A stretch of 64,000 nt of DNA from Camelus ferus (lineage: Eukaryota). This document shows, in pieces, positions 1 to 13,315 of the stretch (positions are counted from its first letter, which is position 1; the number at the start of each line of letters is the position of its first letter). The position numbers and the translations under genes are program-made. Location: contig NC_045697.1 in the NCBI RefSeq assembly GCF_009834535.1, positions 58,964,001 to 59,028,000 on the forward strand, given 5' to 3'. The notes beneath the pieces were generated by a model. It did no database searches. It saw nothing but the letters and a program-made list of their open reading frames with translations, and had not been told where the DNA came from.

Positions 1-128
1 ATCAGAAGTGCTAGTTCACGTATATTTTATTCTCTATACCAATCCTTTTAGGACATAATTAAATGCAAACAAACAGAAAAGAACTAACTCTAATCAATGT
101 GTCCTTCTGAATGACATTTCCTTCCTAC

Positions 129-487
129 CTGTGAAGCCATCTCATCAGCTTCACTATTGCACTCATGCTCATAAATTTGACAAGGTTGGCTGATTTGCCT
201 CCAATCCCATTTACATTTAGAAATATGTGGCCTTATAACTTATTTTTCTATTAATTTATAAAGTGCTTCAGTGATGATGAAAGGTAAAATTCCCTGTTCG
301 TTTCCAAAGTGATTATCTCTGTACTGCACTGTTGATGCAGAGTTTCTGAGTATCAATGTAAGACAGACTTTGCTGTGTTTTAGAAGACAAAGCATTCAGT
401 TAGGATACTCCAAAACTGTCCATGGGATCCTCTTTCACTAGGGCCACTAGAGCCAAGATACAGAGAAGATGATTCATCACTTCAACT
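129..487 (-). pseudogene. Exon remnant (large, frameshifted)
   Basis: Acceptor ggcttgtag|, donor CAG|gtagga. Phase-2 start fits the previous exon (VEVMNHLLCILALVALVKEDPMDSF...). Later a shifted frame reads GILPFIITEALYKLIEK*VIRPHISK...EMASQ. Frame is ambiguous. Confidence 0.4.
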
Positions 488-599
488 CTACAAGCCATTA
501 TTTCTAATTAAAAACTACCCCATAAATACCTATTTTATAGTGACATCTGTGTAGTAAATAAATTCAAGTGATCAGTAAAACACTCACCAAGGAAATTAC

Positions 600-634
600 C
601 TTAAAAAAATTACTTCATTTCTAAGTGTATCTTC
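600..634 (-). pseudogene. Exon remnant EDTLRNEVIFL
   Basis: cattttaattag|GAAGAT...TTAAG|gtaatt (alternative donor TTG|gtgagt 12 nt further); phase 0->2; open. Confidence 0.5.
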
Positions 635-933
635 CTAATTAAAATGACTATTTCCCATTCATATTTCTGAATCATAATTCATAACTTGAGAGTCTCTGAA
701 TATCCAATACTTAGGCAAGCTATTGCCCTAATTTCTCAAATCATACTGCCTACAAAACAGAAACATTTTTCAACCATTTATTGGCCTTTTTAAAATATGT
801 ACATGAGATTTTATAGAGCAACTTCTTACGTTCAAAGGTAAAAAAGAGTAAGTTGATAAACCTCGAATCATTCCCCTTACTCTAAACAAAGAGCAGAGAG
901 GGTAAAAATCAATTCAAATGAGTGTAAAATTAC

Positions 934-951
934 CTTGTGTAGTAACTGAGA
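934..951 (-). pseudogene. 18-nt micro-exon remnant SQLLHK
   Basis: tatcttttaatatag|TCTCAGTTACTACACAAG|gtaatt; phase 0->0 fits both neighbours. Confidence 0.45.
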
Positions 952-999
952 CTATATTAAAAGATACTTGATACATGAACCCATATACTTGTGATGATT

Positions 1000-1560
1000 C
1001 CAATCCAAAGTGTCTTCTCTCCCCATCTATTTACTTAATATATGCTCGATTTTCCTTCCCCTTTAACTTTTCAGCTTGCATTCAACCCAGTGCTCTCTTT
1101 TCTAGAAGAACAACAGACTGCGATGGAAAGAACGTTAAGGGCGATGATTCTTTAGATACTGATGTGAGTCTTTAATTTGCCATTACTGGAAATACTTCTT
1201 TAGGCAACACAATTTCCTCTGCTAAATCTTACTTTAAATTTTTCAAGTTTCGATTCTCTTTATTTCCTGTGCTCTTGAGCTGACTCTCACCCAACATGGT
1301 ATACATACTTCCTCAACATTTGAATACAAACTATATTTTCAGATCCCAGAGTATTTTCAGACCTAACTTTTGTAACCTTTGACACTGTTGATTGTTTTCT
1401 TTGAAATTTTCTTTAATAATAACTCCTACAACATTGTCCTCCCCTTCTGGGTTTCCATCTGAATCTCTAATGTTAACCATTCTCAGCTTCCTTCATGATT
1501 CCTCATCCTCTATTTCATCTTTAAATGGAGCTGTTCATCAAAGTCCCATTTTTAAACATG
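1000..1560 (-). mobile_element. Very degraded L1 ORF1/HAL1-like fragment
   Basis: Minus-strand peptide NIRDSDGNPEGEDNVVGVIIKENF resembles the L1 ORF1 motif NIRIIGIPEGEE...IMAENF. Confidence 0.35.
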
Positions 1561-1849
1561 TTTCTACCCTGCATTCCTTCCTTGGCTATGGCTACTATAA
1601 ACATTGTGTCCAATTCTTTATATTTCGATTTAACTTTGGCCTTGCTTCTAAGTTCCAAAACAGTACATTTCCAACTGCATAATAAACAACACAACAAAGA
1701 TTTCCTGCAATTCTGAAACATCCCACAATCATTACCCTCTATGGGTAATCCAGTGCTTTCACTTCCCGTGACTTCAGTCTATTAAAACATCATCATAGGC
1801 CTTCCAGATTGCCACATTACAAATCCTGCTATAATGGTAGAGACGTCCC

Positions 1850-2300
1850 TCTTCGACATTCTTCTCCTCATATAGGACTGTGAATTCCTTTAAACCAAGT
1901 CCAAAATACCTCTTAACACTATCCCCTTCATTCCATTACTGTCATTCCACAAGTTCAGAGCCCCGTGAACTCTTATCTGACTCCTAACTTACCTTCCACA
2001 CTGCTGCCAGACGGGACTTATTTGAAAAGGTCCTTCCCTATATTTTCATCAAGTATTAGATGACTTCACATTGCTGTTGCATGAAATCCAAAGTCCCTAC
2101 CATACCGTTCAGTAACTCCTGAAATTCAACCTCAAAAATAGCTTTCCAGCTCATCTCTTGCTAATCTTCTCCACACTGGATTCAACAGTCCCTAGGATAT
2201 AATGAGAGTTCAAAGCTTCTTGTATCCATGCTGTTCCCTGAGTTCTGTTCCCACCTGTTTCTTCTCTACCTAGCAGAACCTTAATAACTCTGTTTCCTTA
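1850..2300 (+). mobile_element. L2 LINE fragment
   Basis: Typical L2 3' motifs (ccttccacactgctgccaga; catgaaatccaaagtccct; catgctgttccct). Confidence 0.55.
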
Positions 2301-2601
2301 GTGGTAGGATCAGTGCCTTTACGATGTTTTACTAGAGTAGTCCACTCTCACCTCCAAGGTTTAGCTCCAATAGAAATACTATGTAAACCAGATAAACAAA
2401 ACTAAAACTTCAGGAGTAATCAAAATATAACCAACTTAGACAACTGATACAGTTTTATCTGAAAACAGAATCTAATTCATCTCAATTTTAAAAAGTCTCA
2501 GCCATTCCCCTCCCACATAAAATTAATGTCAAAACCCACTTAATACAGTCCCCTTAGACCTCTCAGCAATACCTCTTCATACTATTAAGGCTAGGACTTA
2601 C

Positions 2602-2663
2602 TGTTTCATCTAATTTTATGTTTATCAAAATTTCACTATCAAAATTGTTACTTTTTCAGGTCT
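2602..2663 (-). pseudogene. Exon remnant DLK/SNNFDSEILINIKLDET with 1-bp insertion
   Basis: gctaaacag| ... GAAACA|gtaagt. Removing one A from an A5 run gives an open phase 2->0 exon that fits both neighbours. Confidence 0.5.
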
Positions 2664-2716
2664 CTGTTTAGCATAATACTTTTTGGCCAAACCAAGGCAG
2701 CAATTTATAATTTCTT

Positions 2717-2744
2717 TCTATCTATCTATCTATCTATCTATCTA
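2717..2744. repeat. (TCTA)7 microsatellite
   Basis: Direct reading. Confidence 0.95.
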
Positions 2745-3231
2745 CATAATGTACCTATTCTTAAGCATATGTATTCTTACATGTATAGTTTATATATTAA
2801 ATATAAAAGTTCTTAAAACCTATTCATTAAAAAATAAAATCATATAACCAAAAATTTATTAATTAATAAGACAGTGTGATACTCTCCATGTCAAACTTGA
2901 CATTTATAATACCAATGAATTAGATATTCTGAAGCATTTTTATTAGGCTCAAATACTTATCTGCATATACTAATAGAAGAATATTTTGGACCAATTTTGA
3001 TGTTATCATGTTTACAAAAAATATCTTGGAAACCTTAGTACATAATATAATTGAATAAAAAATAAAATGCTCCATAATACTTCAATTTTGTCTTATCTGT
3101 GTGTTCACATAAACATGATATGTTTGTGACTGTTAGTATATATTGACAAGCATCATAATGACACACTTGTCACAATCTTAGCTCAAATATGTGATGAGAA
3201 ATCAAATAAACTAGAAATCAAAGAAACTTAC

Positions 3232-3266
3232 TTCTTATCTAGAAAGCTCAAATGGTTAAGACTGTT
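3232..3266 (-). pseudogene. Exon remnant NSLNHLSFLDK
   Basis: gtctttcttag|AAC...AAGAA|gtaagt; open; phase 0->2. Confidence 0.6.
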
Positions 3267-3332
3267 CTAAGAAAGACATTTTAAAGAGGATATTCTAGTC
3301 GGTAACCTTTTCAGAGACACTAAAGTTATTAC

Positions 3333-3372
3333 CTGCGTAAAAGGGTTATACATCCAGTTGAATTCTAAGGCT
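3333..3372 (-). pseudogene. Exon remnant ALEFNWMYNPFTQ
   Basis: aacctttag|A GCC...ACGCAG|gtaata; open; phase 2->0. Confidence 0.6.
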
Positions 3373-4149
3373 CTAAAGGTTACTTTAAACGAAAGAATCT
3401 CAAGACTTCCCATCCTCAAAATATACACATCGAAATCTGTTAACTGTTCCCTTCAAAACATGGAAAGACATGAAAATGAAAAGCAGTAACTTTCTGCATG
3501 CCTTTGTTGGGACAAAGTTTCTATCACATCCTTTGTACAAGTTAGAAGTTACATAAACTAAAAGATAAGTTAGGAAAAGTTATTCACAAAGGTGGTAGTA
3601 TCAATTTGGGACCTGAAGGATGAATACATGTTTTCAAGGCCAAGAAAGGCTGATGCAACAAATTAAGGATGCCTGAAGAAAATTCACATCTAATTATAAA
3701 CACTGAAATGGTATTTAGCTACACACATATGAGAGACGCTTCATCCAGTGGCAAGGTGTATTTCTGTTTTCCAGCAAGGAGTACCTATGTTTGAACATAA
3801 ATACTAACATCAGTGCCATCAAGGTGTTTTGACTCATGGGTATCAATCACACCTCTGGAACTATTATGTGCTGACTTTACTGAAGTTTCTAATATTTAGT
3901 TATTTGATAATACAGATTGTGATATTTACAGAAATTCATTTTAGTTGATTTATAAAATTTATAAATAATTAACTTAATCATGCTGAAATCACAAGATAAA
4001 TTTTCCTTCTTGTATTTAGTATCACAGCATGTACAAATATTGTAAATGATTTCTCTGCATGAAATTAAGAAAAATAAGCAGGTCAAATGAATCAGGCACT
4101 AGAACAATAATAAAAAGCACTTTCTAAAAGTGCCATAGAGACATAAATT

Positions 4150-4345
4150 ATCTTTGTTTTTGGTACCATTATTAGACCTCTAGTGTTATTCACATGCATC
4201 TTACTTGACCTTCACAGCAATTGTGTGAATTTGTTAGTAAGATGGCATTTGCCAGTTTTATAGAAAACTGATAAGAGACAAGTTTTTTTGCCCTAGGCTG
4301 TGCAGTTTTTAAGAGACAGAGCTAAAACTTGAATATAGGTCTTCC
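4150..4345 (-). mobile_element. MIR SINE
   Basis: Reverse MIR core (cttcacagcaa...ttttatagaaaactga...gagctaaaacttgaa). Confidence 0.6.
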
Positions 4346-4439
4346 ACTAGTACTCCAAAATAACTAGAGTAGGATTTCTCATCTGGTGTGCAACCTTCCT
4401 CTTGAGACAGGTAATAGGAAAATAACTATTTTGAGAATG

Positions 4440-4580
4440 AAGTTGTAATTCACCTCACTCACTAAGTGGCTTTTTGACCTTGGGCAAGATTTTTAATTAC
4501 TCTATGCTTTAGTTTCTTCATCTACAAAAATGAGACTTTGAACTACTATCTAAACTTTTATCCAGTGCAAATATTTTATT
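4440..4580 (+). mobile_element. MIR SINE
   Basis: gaccttgggcaag...agtttcttcatctacaaaaatg core. Confidence 0.7.
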
Positions 4581-4628
4581 CTTATTCTAGAATTTAGCAT
4601 GATAAAATATATGTGAAGAAATACTAAC

Positions 4629-4705
4629 CCATGTGTGTATTTACAGAAACCAAAATATTTATTACTGATTAGTAAATCTAATGCCCATTCACATAGTGAT
4701 ACTTC
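4629..4705 (-). pseudogene. Exon remnant EVSLCEWALDLLISNKYFGFCKYTH(G)
   Basis: tatcttttacattag|GAA...CATGG|gttagt; fully open; phase 0->2; resembles the RGS N-terminal W..SLD.LL.N.YG motif. Confidence 0.6.
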
Positions 4706-5115
4706 CTAATGTAAAAGATATCGTGTTAGAGAAAAATGAATTAGAAAGGAATGCCTTAAAGTTTTTAAGTTTGTAGTCAAATACAACCAGTCTACCTAAA
4801 GTTATAAAAATAGATTATTTAAAACACGTAAATATATTTTACTTCTCTGAAATAACCACAATAATATAGTCAGAATGACACTAATAATCTACTTTCATGT
4901 ATCCTACATGTATTATACACACATTCTTAATACAATAATTGCCATCTATGAATTTAGAAAACTGTAAATCCATGGAAACCACTCCAAATCAAGTAAACTA
5001 TTGAAATGTATGACATAGGATTTCTAATTATAATCAATAAAACATAAAAAATAACTAAATTAACATACTTTTTAAATTCTATATATAACAGTCTTTAAAT
5101 TTTGCTCTGTGCTAC

Positions 5116-5171
5116 CTGTATATCCAATTAAGTATATCCTCTTAAACTCCCTTCATAGATGTATGAATATT
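5116..5171 (-). pseudogene. Possible exon remnant
   Basis: ttattaactgtgtag| ... ATACAG|gtagca; one stop in each frame. Confidence 0.35.
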
Positions 5172-5433
5172 CTACACAGTTAATAAAATTAAGTGCTGAG
5201 CCATATCACATTCATTAACACATATGAATGATGAATAGACTGAACAAAACAAAAATTGAGCTTTACTGACAATGTTCTGAACAGAATTCTGTTTCCCCAT
5301 TCAAAAGGTCTCTTTTCATTCAAGGTGCGGTTTTCTTTTGCAGAATTTATTAATGTGTATCATTTTATCAAAAAACAAAGCTCTTGCTGAGATAAAAAAA
5401 AAAGTATCAATAAGAAGACTACTAGGTGATTAC

Positions 5434-5503
5434 CCAATATCCATTCTTTCGTTCTTCCATGCTAACAGAATTTCATTTTTGTTGGCAGAATCTCTGTTGT
5501 CAC
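5434..5503 (-). pseudogene. Exon remnant (G)DNRDSANKNEILLAWKNERMDI(G)
   Basis: atttctttttaag|GTGAC...ATTGG|gtaatc; one fully open frame. Confidence 0.6.
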
Positions 5504-6034
5504 CTTAAAAAGAAATTATACTTCCACTCTTTCAACATGGAAAAATACATGGCATCATTTTGTCGAATGAAATATAAGAGAAAGTTATTACGCACAACAT
5601 CTAGAAAATCTCCAAAATGAATGGCAGTCATAGATAAAATGTGCCTTTTGTTTCTTGTCCTCCTGTTCCAGCCAGAACATGTTGATGGACATGCTAGTTA
5701 GTAACCATTTCAAAAGTGGGAAAATGAAAGTTACACATAACGACAACAGGAAAACTGAGTCCTATGGAACTATAGCAGCCTTACTTCCCTGTGTCAGGAG
5801 GACTCATCTTTGGAAAAATTTAAAATCCTATATTTAATCAGTTTGTACCAAGCTTGACTGCTATCTGATACACTCACCTAAAATGTGTCTATCATTAAAT
5901 AACAAGCAAAACAAAATTCAGCAAATGTTTACTGGAAGTCTTCACCGCTCTACCACCAACCTACAATCAATCTGATCTCTTGGATCTATCACTTCAGCAG
6001 TCAAAGGTTTTTCCCCCAAAACTTTCTTCCTCAC

Positions 6035-6122
6035 CAAAGTTCATAACCCATATGTATCATTCATGGAGTGGACACAATTTAAACATAAAACTGGATCCTC
6101 CATTATACTTATGTACATCTCC
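6035..6122 (-). pseudogene. Exon remnant
   Basis: tttcttttcactttgaag| ... TTTG|gtgagg; one stop in each of two frames. Confidence 0.5.
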
Positions 6123-6523
6123 CTTCAAAGTGAAAAGAAAAGAATATTTTGGCTTAAACTATTTTAAAACATCTACTATCATTTTTTTAACATTAAGGAA
6201 AACTTTTCTAAATTTTCTCAAAAATAGCCATACATAAGATATCAAACCAGACAAGAGGAGTGTTTTCTACCCACTGATTTACAGACTATCTGTGGTGAAG
6301 AACTTGTTATTTAAATGCAATCTGTCACAGACTAACTCTTTCATGAAATGCATCCCTCTCAGCAAAACAAGCCCATTGATCATATGTTTGGGTGTTGCAA
6401 CAGATATCAAATTGCTATAAAAGTTTCCCAAAATTTAATCTCAACCTTTCCTTGCTTTGCTGCACTCTGGAAACAAGCAGTTATTAGCACGTGGGTATTG
6501 ATCTGCAGCCCATACTTTTCTAC

Positions 6524-6667
6524 CCTTTTTCTAAGTCATTTATGTTGGAATTCAAATATGGAGGCAAATACGTTCTTCTAAATATTTTTCCTATATACTC
6601 TAACTCAATTTTAACCATCCTTTTTTCTTTACCACAAGTTGAATTAAGTAACATTAGTTTGAGGAAT
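6524..6667 (-). pseudogene. Exon remnant FLKLMLLNSTCGKEKRMVKIELEYIGKIFRRTYLPPYLNSNINDLEK
   Basis: Acceptor cttccacag|; 47 open codons (ORF track 6520-6705); YLPPYLNS resembles the RGS C-terminal 'YPRFLKS' segment; donor weak. Confidence 0.5.
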
Positions 6668-7649
6668 CTGTGGAAGTTTTTGTTCAAGAAAAAAGGCAAG
6701 TTCAATGGCTTTTAAAAGTTTAAAAGTTATTTTTTTCTCATAGGTATAGAAATATTAAAAACACTGGAAATCCTAGCTTTTACTAAAAGCTTTTTATTTC
6801 CCATCATATGTTTTCAGCAAAATTGAGATAGATAACAAGTCAATATTATGCTTGAGGAAATATATTAACTATAGCTTCAAATAACACATTATAATATTTC
6901 ACACATCTTTACCTATTCTAAAAATGAGCACACAGAAAAGATAAAGGAAAAATGTATTTTTATATTCTAAAATTCACCTTCTATGCTAACCTATACTTCT
7001 TAACAATGGAAACTGAGGAATATTGATGAACATTTAAACCACAGATGCAGGGAAGAGAGAGCCTTCAAAAGGCAAAGACCACTACTAAGCTCTACAGCAC
7101 TTTACTGGGAGAATAGCTCAAAGGCCAGAGTAATACGTTAGTGTCAGAACTTGGAAAAAATGTCCTCATCTAGATTCCCTACAATGAGAAACCCCAAGAC
7201 ACGTTATTGAAATGTATTCCTGGCTCTATCAAGTGATTGTATTTGAAAAGCTAAAATATATTCTATATTGAAAAAAAAAAAGAGAGAGATTTTAAATAAA
7301 GGTTTTTTTTAATGAAAAGGTAGAAAATGAGAAAAAGGAGAGAAAGAAGAAATGATTGGTAAAAGGAAGTGGAGCAGAGACAGAATAGAGTAAAATAAGA
7401 CTAACACTTCAAATCAATGTGTTACCATTACTCATTAGAAGTTAAGTTTATTGTCTTTATAAAAATAGAATCTCAACCTTAAGGAAACAATGATGTGCTA
7501 GGTGATACAACTTCTAAATTGTTATTGCTTTCCTGTGATCAATTTCTAGATTTGGAGTTTCTCTAACCATCTAGTATTAATGTTCTTCAAAAATTGTTTT
7601 GGATATACACTACTTTAGGAAAAAAAACTACCTTTTCTCAGTAATTCTT

Positions 7650-10600
7650 TAGTTACTGAAACAAATGATAAAACAATCTGAGTAACGAAATAGAAAGTCT
7701 CAGTAAATAAACCTAAGATGTAAAGAAGAGCCAAAGAGAAAATTTAGGGCAGAAAAATATAACAACCAAAGTAAAAAAAACTCAAGTCACAACCTCAAGA
7801 GCCAAATGGAAAGGACAGAGAATAGAATCAGTTAACTTTACATTGAACAATAGAACTACCAAATTTAAACCAAAGAGGAGAAAAATATTTTTAAAAATAA
7901 TTGAAAAGAACCTCAGAAACTATAGTAAAATATATACCACTCCTGCTCTGACAGGCACAAAATGGACCCCATCAAAGACCCACAAAGACGTCCACATACC
8001 AGTTGTTGAAATCTGTGAACATGTTACATTATAGGTCAAGAAAAATAGCCTTCAGGAATCACAGAGAAATAAAAACATCCTCAGATGAAATAAAATTAAG
8101 AAAATCTGTTGCCACAAGACCTATTCTAAAGAAAGTAGTTCTCTAAACTGAAATAATAAAAGAAGAAATCCTCAATTATCAGGAAGGATAAAAGAATACA
8201 GTAACAAAAAATAAGGGTGAATACGATAGACTTTCCTTCTTTTTTTTGAGTTTTCTAAATTGTATTTGACATTAGAAGCAAAACTTTCACACTGATGTGT
8301 TTCTGAATGGATGTAGAGAAAATAAGACAACAATATTCTAAATGAGGGAGGGTAAGGGGATGATAAAGAAGATAAAGATTCCACACTTCATTTGTACTGT
8401 GACATGTTGACAACAGTAGACTAGGATAAGCCATTTATATGTAATGTAATACCTAAAATCTACCATATAAAAGCACCAAAAATTTAAGCCCTAACATATT
8501 AAAGTATTAAGTATCAATATTAAATGTAAATTCACACCAAATAAAAGACAAAGATTTAGTATATGGTATCTAAAAGAATCTCACTTCAAATACAATGATA
8601 TAGGCAAATTGAAGTAAAAGAGTGGAAAAGCAAGACTGGCTACATTAATGTCATATAAAAAAGGCTCTAGAGAAAGGAAATTATCATAAGCAGAAAGGGA
8701 CACTATAAAGATAAAAGGGTCAATCCAGTGAGAAGATACATTAGTCCTAAATGTGTGTGCGTCAAACAACAAAGCTGCAAAATATGTGAAAAACTGTTAG
8801 AACCAAAGAGAGAAATTAAAAAAAATCCATAATTATAGTTAAAGACATCAACATCTCATTCTCAATAATTGAAAAGACAAACAGCAAACAAATAATCAGG
8901 GATATAGAAAAACTCAAAAACAACAATAGTCATCAGACTCTGAATGATACTGTAGAACACTGAACCCTAAAACATCAGAATATATATTCTTTTTAAGGAC
9001 CTGCAGAACACACACACAGGTGGACTATACCCTGGTATATAAAATAAGCATCAACAAATTTAAAACAATTGAAATCATGCAGAGTATACTGACAAAATGG
9101 GATCAAACTAAAAATCAATGACAAAAATGTAAATGGGAAATCTTTGAACACTAATATAAACAACATACTTCTAAATAATCAAGTTTCAAGAAAAATTTAA
9201 AAATTTAAAGCACACCAAAATTTGTGGGACAGAGCTAAAGCAGTGCTAAGAGACAAATTTTGAGTACTAAATGCATATATTAGAAAAAAAAAGAATAATG
9301 TAAATGGATAATCTAAGCTCCCACCTTTGGAATCTACAAAAAAAAATGAGCAGAACAAACTCATAACATGAAGGAGGAAGATATAAGAGATAAAAGCAGA
9401 AATCAATGAAATTTAAAGCAAACAAATTAAAAAAAACAGAAAAATCAACGAAACAAAAAATAATCTTGTTCTTTGATATAATCAATACAACTGACAAATT
9501 GCTAGCAAGACTAACAAAGAAAAAAAAAAAAAACAACAGAATACCATAGTTGAATACAGCTGAACATCACTCATGAACATATACACAAAAATTCTTAACA
9601 AAATATTAGCTAATAAAATTCATATAAATAAGTGAATTACACACCATGACCAATAGGAGCTCATTCCACTGATGCAGCATTGGTTCAGTATTCAAATCAA
9701 TCAATATAATCAATTAAGAAATGCTAAAAAAGAAGATCACATGTGATCATATTGATCAGAGCACAAAAAGGATTTTACAAAAGCCATCACCCACTCATGG
9801 TTAAAACTCACTGAAAACAAACAGGCATATAGGGGATATTCCCCAATTGAACAAAGGGCGTTTTTTTTTAAAATGATAACTAACATTATACTGAACAGTG
9901 AAAGACTAAATGATTTCCCCCTCAGATCATGAATGCCCATTCTCACTAGTCTTGTGTTGCTAGAATAATTAAGTCTGTATGCCACAGGGAGAGGGATAAC
10001 CACATCAGTCACTGAGAAAGAACAGACCAGGACAAATATGCCCAACTAGTTTTTGATAAATCTCCAGATGCAATTCGACTGAGGAGCGAGCCTTCTCAAC
10101 AAATGTTATGGAAGCAAATGGACATGCATAATCAAACAATGAATCTTGATCTAATTTCACATCTTACAAAAATTAAAATAGATCACAGACTTAAACATAA
10201 AACAATATATAAATATAAACATAAAACAAAAAACAATAAAAAAAATTTAGGGAAAATCATAGGAGAAAATCTTTGGGCTCCAGGGCTAAAGACTTCTTAC
10301 ACTTGTCACCAAATGTGTGATCCACAGAGGAACATTGATCAATTAAGACTTCACCACAGTTAAAATTTTTGGATGAGAGGAAAATATTTACACCACATAT
10401 CAGAAAAAGGAGTGGTATCTGGCATATATAAAGAATGCTAAAAACTCAATAGCAAAAAAAAAAAAAATTTTCTCATTAAAATACTGACAAAAGACATGAA
10501 CAGACACATTTTACCAAAGACGATACAAAGGTGGCAAAAAAGCACATGAATAATGATCACCATATTAGCTATTGAGGAAATGCAATTTAAAGCAGCAATA

Positions 10601-11290
10601 GAATATAATTTCACACATATCATAATGGTAAAATAAAAAATAATGACAACTACTGAATGAGCACAGACACAAGCACTCATACATTGCTGAATGGAATATA
10701 AAATGGTACAGTGGAAACAATTTAGCAGTTTCTCAAAAAAAATTAAATATACAATTATTATATGACCTAGCTATTGCACTCATGTATATTATTTTTCCCA
10801 GAGAACAAAAACATATTCACATAAAAATCTATACATAAACTTTCAGAGCAGTATTATTCATAATCACCAAAACCTGGCTTGTCTTTTGAAAAAAGTGAAT
10901 AGTTAAGCAAATTGTGGTACCACGGAGTACTATTCAGTAATAGAAATGAATGAACTATTGATACATGTAACAACCTAGATGAATCTCCAAAGAATTAAAC
11001 TGAGTGGGAAAAAAAATCCCCAGAGATTACATACTGTATGTTAAGGATGGGGTAAGGTTTGGAGGGAAATAGATGTGGCTATACAATGGTAACAGGAGAA
11101 ATCCTTGGAGTAATGACAACATTCTGTATCCTGACTGTATCAATCAATGTCTTACCTTATTTATAATATTCTACTGTAGTTTTGCTAAGTATTACCAGTG
11201 GAGAAAACTTAGTAAAAGGTAAAAAAAAACTCTCTGTAGCATTTCTTATATGTTAATCTACATTTAGCTATAAATTTAATATATAAAAAA
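7650..11290 (+). mobile_element. Degraded, internally deleted L1 (ORF1 remnant, ORF2 fragments, L1MD-like 3' UTR)
   Basis: A-rich ORF1-like start, endonuclease-region motifs (caaatttaaaacaattgaaatcatgcagagta), ORF2 3' end (gaggaaatgcaatttaaagc) and 3' UTR (taccagtggagaaaacttagtaaaaggt). Confidence 0.9.
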
Positions 11291-11705
11291 TTTAATTCAA
11301 AATAAAATTAAAAAGTAAATATTAAAATTTGTTTGAAACAATTTTCACTTATAATCCTCTACTACAAGGTCTTAGTTAGTGATTGTAACATGGAATAATG
11401 AGACACTATAATTATTTGTATTTGTGAATTTGTAAGTTAATACAAATGTGATCAGGTTTTCCAAATAATTTGCAAAAAGACATCAAAAATTTGATCTAAA
11501 TAATAAAATGTTCAAACATTTACTAAAGTGATTAGTCAAGTAAATCTTAGGGAAACTGTGTATCCTAATTCCCAGCACTTTTTGCATACATACTCAATTG
11601 TTTATTAGTTATGCATATAAAACTTAACCACTATTTCAAAATGGAAACATTTCATATTTTCTAATTTTAAGTTAAATAAGAGTAATTGTATACTTATGTG
11701 ATTAC

Positions 11706-11763
11706 TTAACTAATTCTAGCAGATTATTTTGAATGGACAAATTTCAAACCATTGTTTTGTAAA
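11706..11763 (-). pseudogene. Exon remnant YKTMV*NLSIQNNLLELV
   Basis: Strong acceptor catttttacttttgcag|; donor TAA|gtaatc; one stop. Confidence 0.45.
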
Positions 11764-12447
11764 CTGCAAAAGTAAAAATGTTTTGTATCAATTTTTTAGA
11801 ATGCAAATACAACTTCAAGAACTACTTTTGTCTCTTCCTTTTTACATACTACTAAAAATTCTATGAAAATTATGAAAGTGATATAATTCAATAAAAAGCT
11901 ATTTTACTTTTTAGTACATTTTAGATTCTAAACATTGTATACTATGGAAATATTAAAAGCTAGTACATATATTTAATACATTTGAGGAATTTGAAATTTC
12001 TTAAAATGAAGTTAATATATCAAATTATTATAAATATATAAGAATATTTTACTGTGGGTATTTTATAATATTTTATTTTTTTTATTATTTTACAAAATAT
12101 TATCAGACCCAAAGCTCCTGTCATAGGTTGCAATTTGTAATATAACAATAAAATATTTTTTCAAATTATACACTGATAAACATTTCACACACCACTTAAG
12201 ATGTATGGAGAATCTTTTCCCAAGATATTAAAGAAAAATTTGTTTGAAATATCACAAATATCACAAAGCTTACTAATAAAAAGAAGTTTAGTTGCAATAA
12301 TGTCATATCTCCCTTTAAATCATTTTCCTTGAAAACCCAAAATATTTGAGAGAATGCATTTCAGATTAACAGAATAAATAAAAAGACTACCTTAAAAAAT
12401 CTAATCTTTCATCTTAATATATATTAGAGTGAAATAAGAATGTAAAA

Positions 12448-12755
12448 TCTCACTAATCATCAGGGAAATGCAAATCAAAACTGCAGTGAAATGTCATCTC
12501 GCACAAATCGAATGGCTACTATCAAAAAGATAAGAATAAAAAAGGCGTTGGCGAGGATGTGGGGAAAAGGGAACCATGGTGGGATGTAAATTGGTGCGGC
12601 CACTACGGAAAACAAAATGGAGGCCCTTCCTTAAAAAAGTGAAAACAGAACTACTACATAGTCCAACAATTCCACTCTGGTTATTTAGCACAGAATACAA
12701 AAATGCTATCTCAAAGAGATACATGCACCCTCATGCTCATTGCGGCATTAGTTAC
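12448..12755 (+). mobile_element. L1 ORF2 3'-end fragment
   Basis: tcactaatcatcagggaaatgcaaatcaaaac...gaatggctactatcaaaaaga...gggatgtaaattggtgcggccact. Confidence 0.9.
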
Positions 12756-13089
12756 AGCTTCAATTTAATTAAACAATCATTCATTCCAGGTCAATTAATG
12801 TATCTGAATATCCTCTCCAGCCCATTCTATGCTTAATGCTATGTTTCACCTCTTGTTTGAGGCTGGCATGGGGGGATACTTTCAGAGAGTTATGAGACCT
12901 CTTTTGGAGAATCAACAAAACTAAATCAAATTTACTAAGAAAGCATTATAACTGTTAAAAGATGATGTAAGCACCATATCTACAATTTATTTCTTAAATT
13001 TAGAATGCTGTCCCGAGCCTCCACTCAAAATTTATCAAATACTAGGGCAAGTTTACTGGGAAACATAACACTTCAATGAATTCCTAAGC

Positions 13090-13315
13090 TGAGTCAGGCA
13101 TCCAAATCAGTGGTCTCCGAACATCCTCTACACGGCCCTTTCATAGGACTTAGCCCCAGTGAATGGAAATTATCCAGTTACCTATCAGTATCTCTGGCTT
13201 AACAGTGAGCTTTCTGAGACAAGCTATCATAGCATCTAGTTAGCTGGGGTGAAGTTATCCTTGAGAAGATATCTTATCCAGAACTCAATTAGTGTTTATT
13301 AAATGAATAAATAAG
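13090..13315 (+). mobile_element. L2 3' end
   Basis: acagtgagctttctgagac...actcaattagtgtttattaaatgaataaat tail. Confidence 0.6.

Noticed and set aside
1521..1778. Minus-strand ORF with upstream acceptor as an exon of the fossil gene
   Set aside because: It sits between L2- and L1-ORF1-like relics, ends in a stop with no donor, and the flanking small exons already join in phase.
5325..5700. Plus-strand acceptor-like sites (ttttcttttgcag at about 5343; cctgttccag at about 5671; also about 19944 and 41538)
   Set aside because: They are isolated, with no consistent donors, open frames or phase chain, and are expected by chance in T-rich DNA.
5878..5888. 11-nt micro-exon ACACATTTTAG with a gtgagt donor on the minus strand
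   Set aside because: It is not needed for phase continuity between flanking exons and cannot be distinguished from chance.
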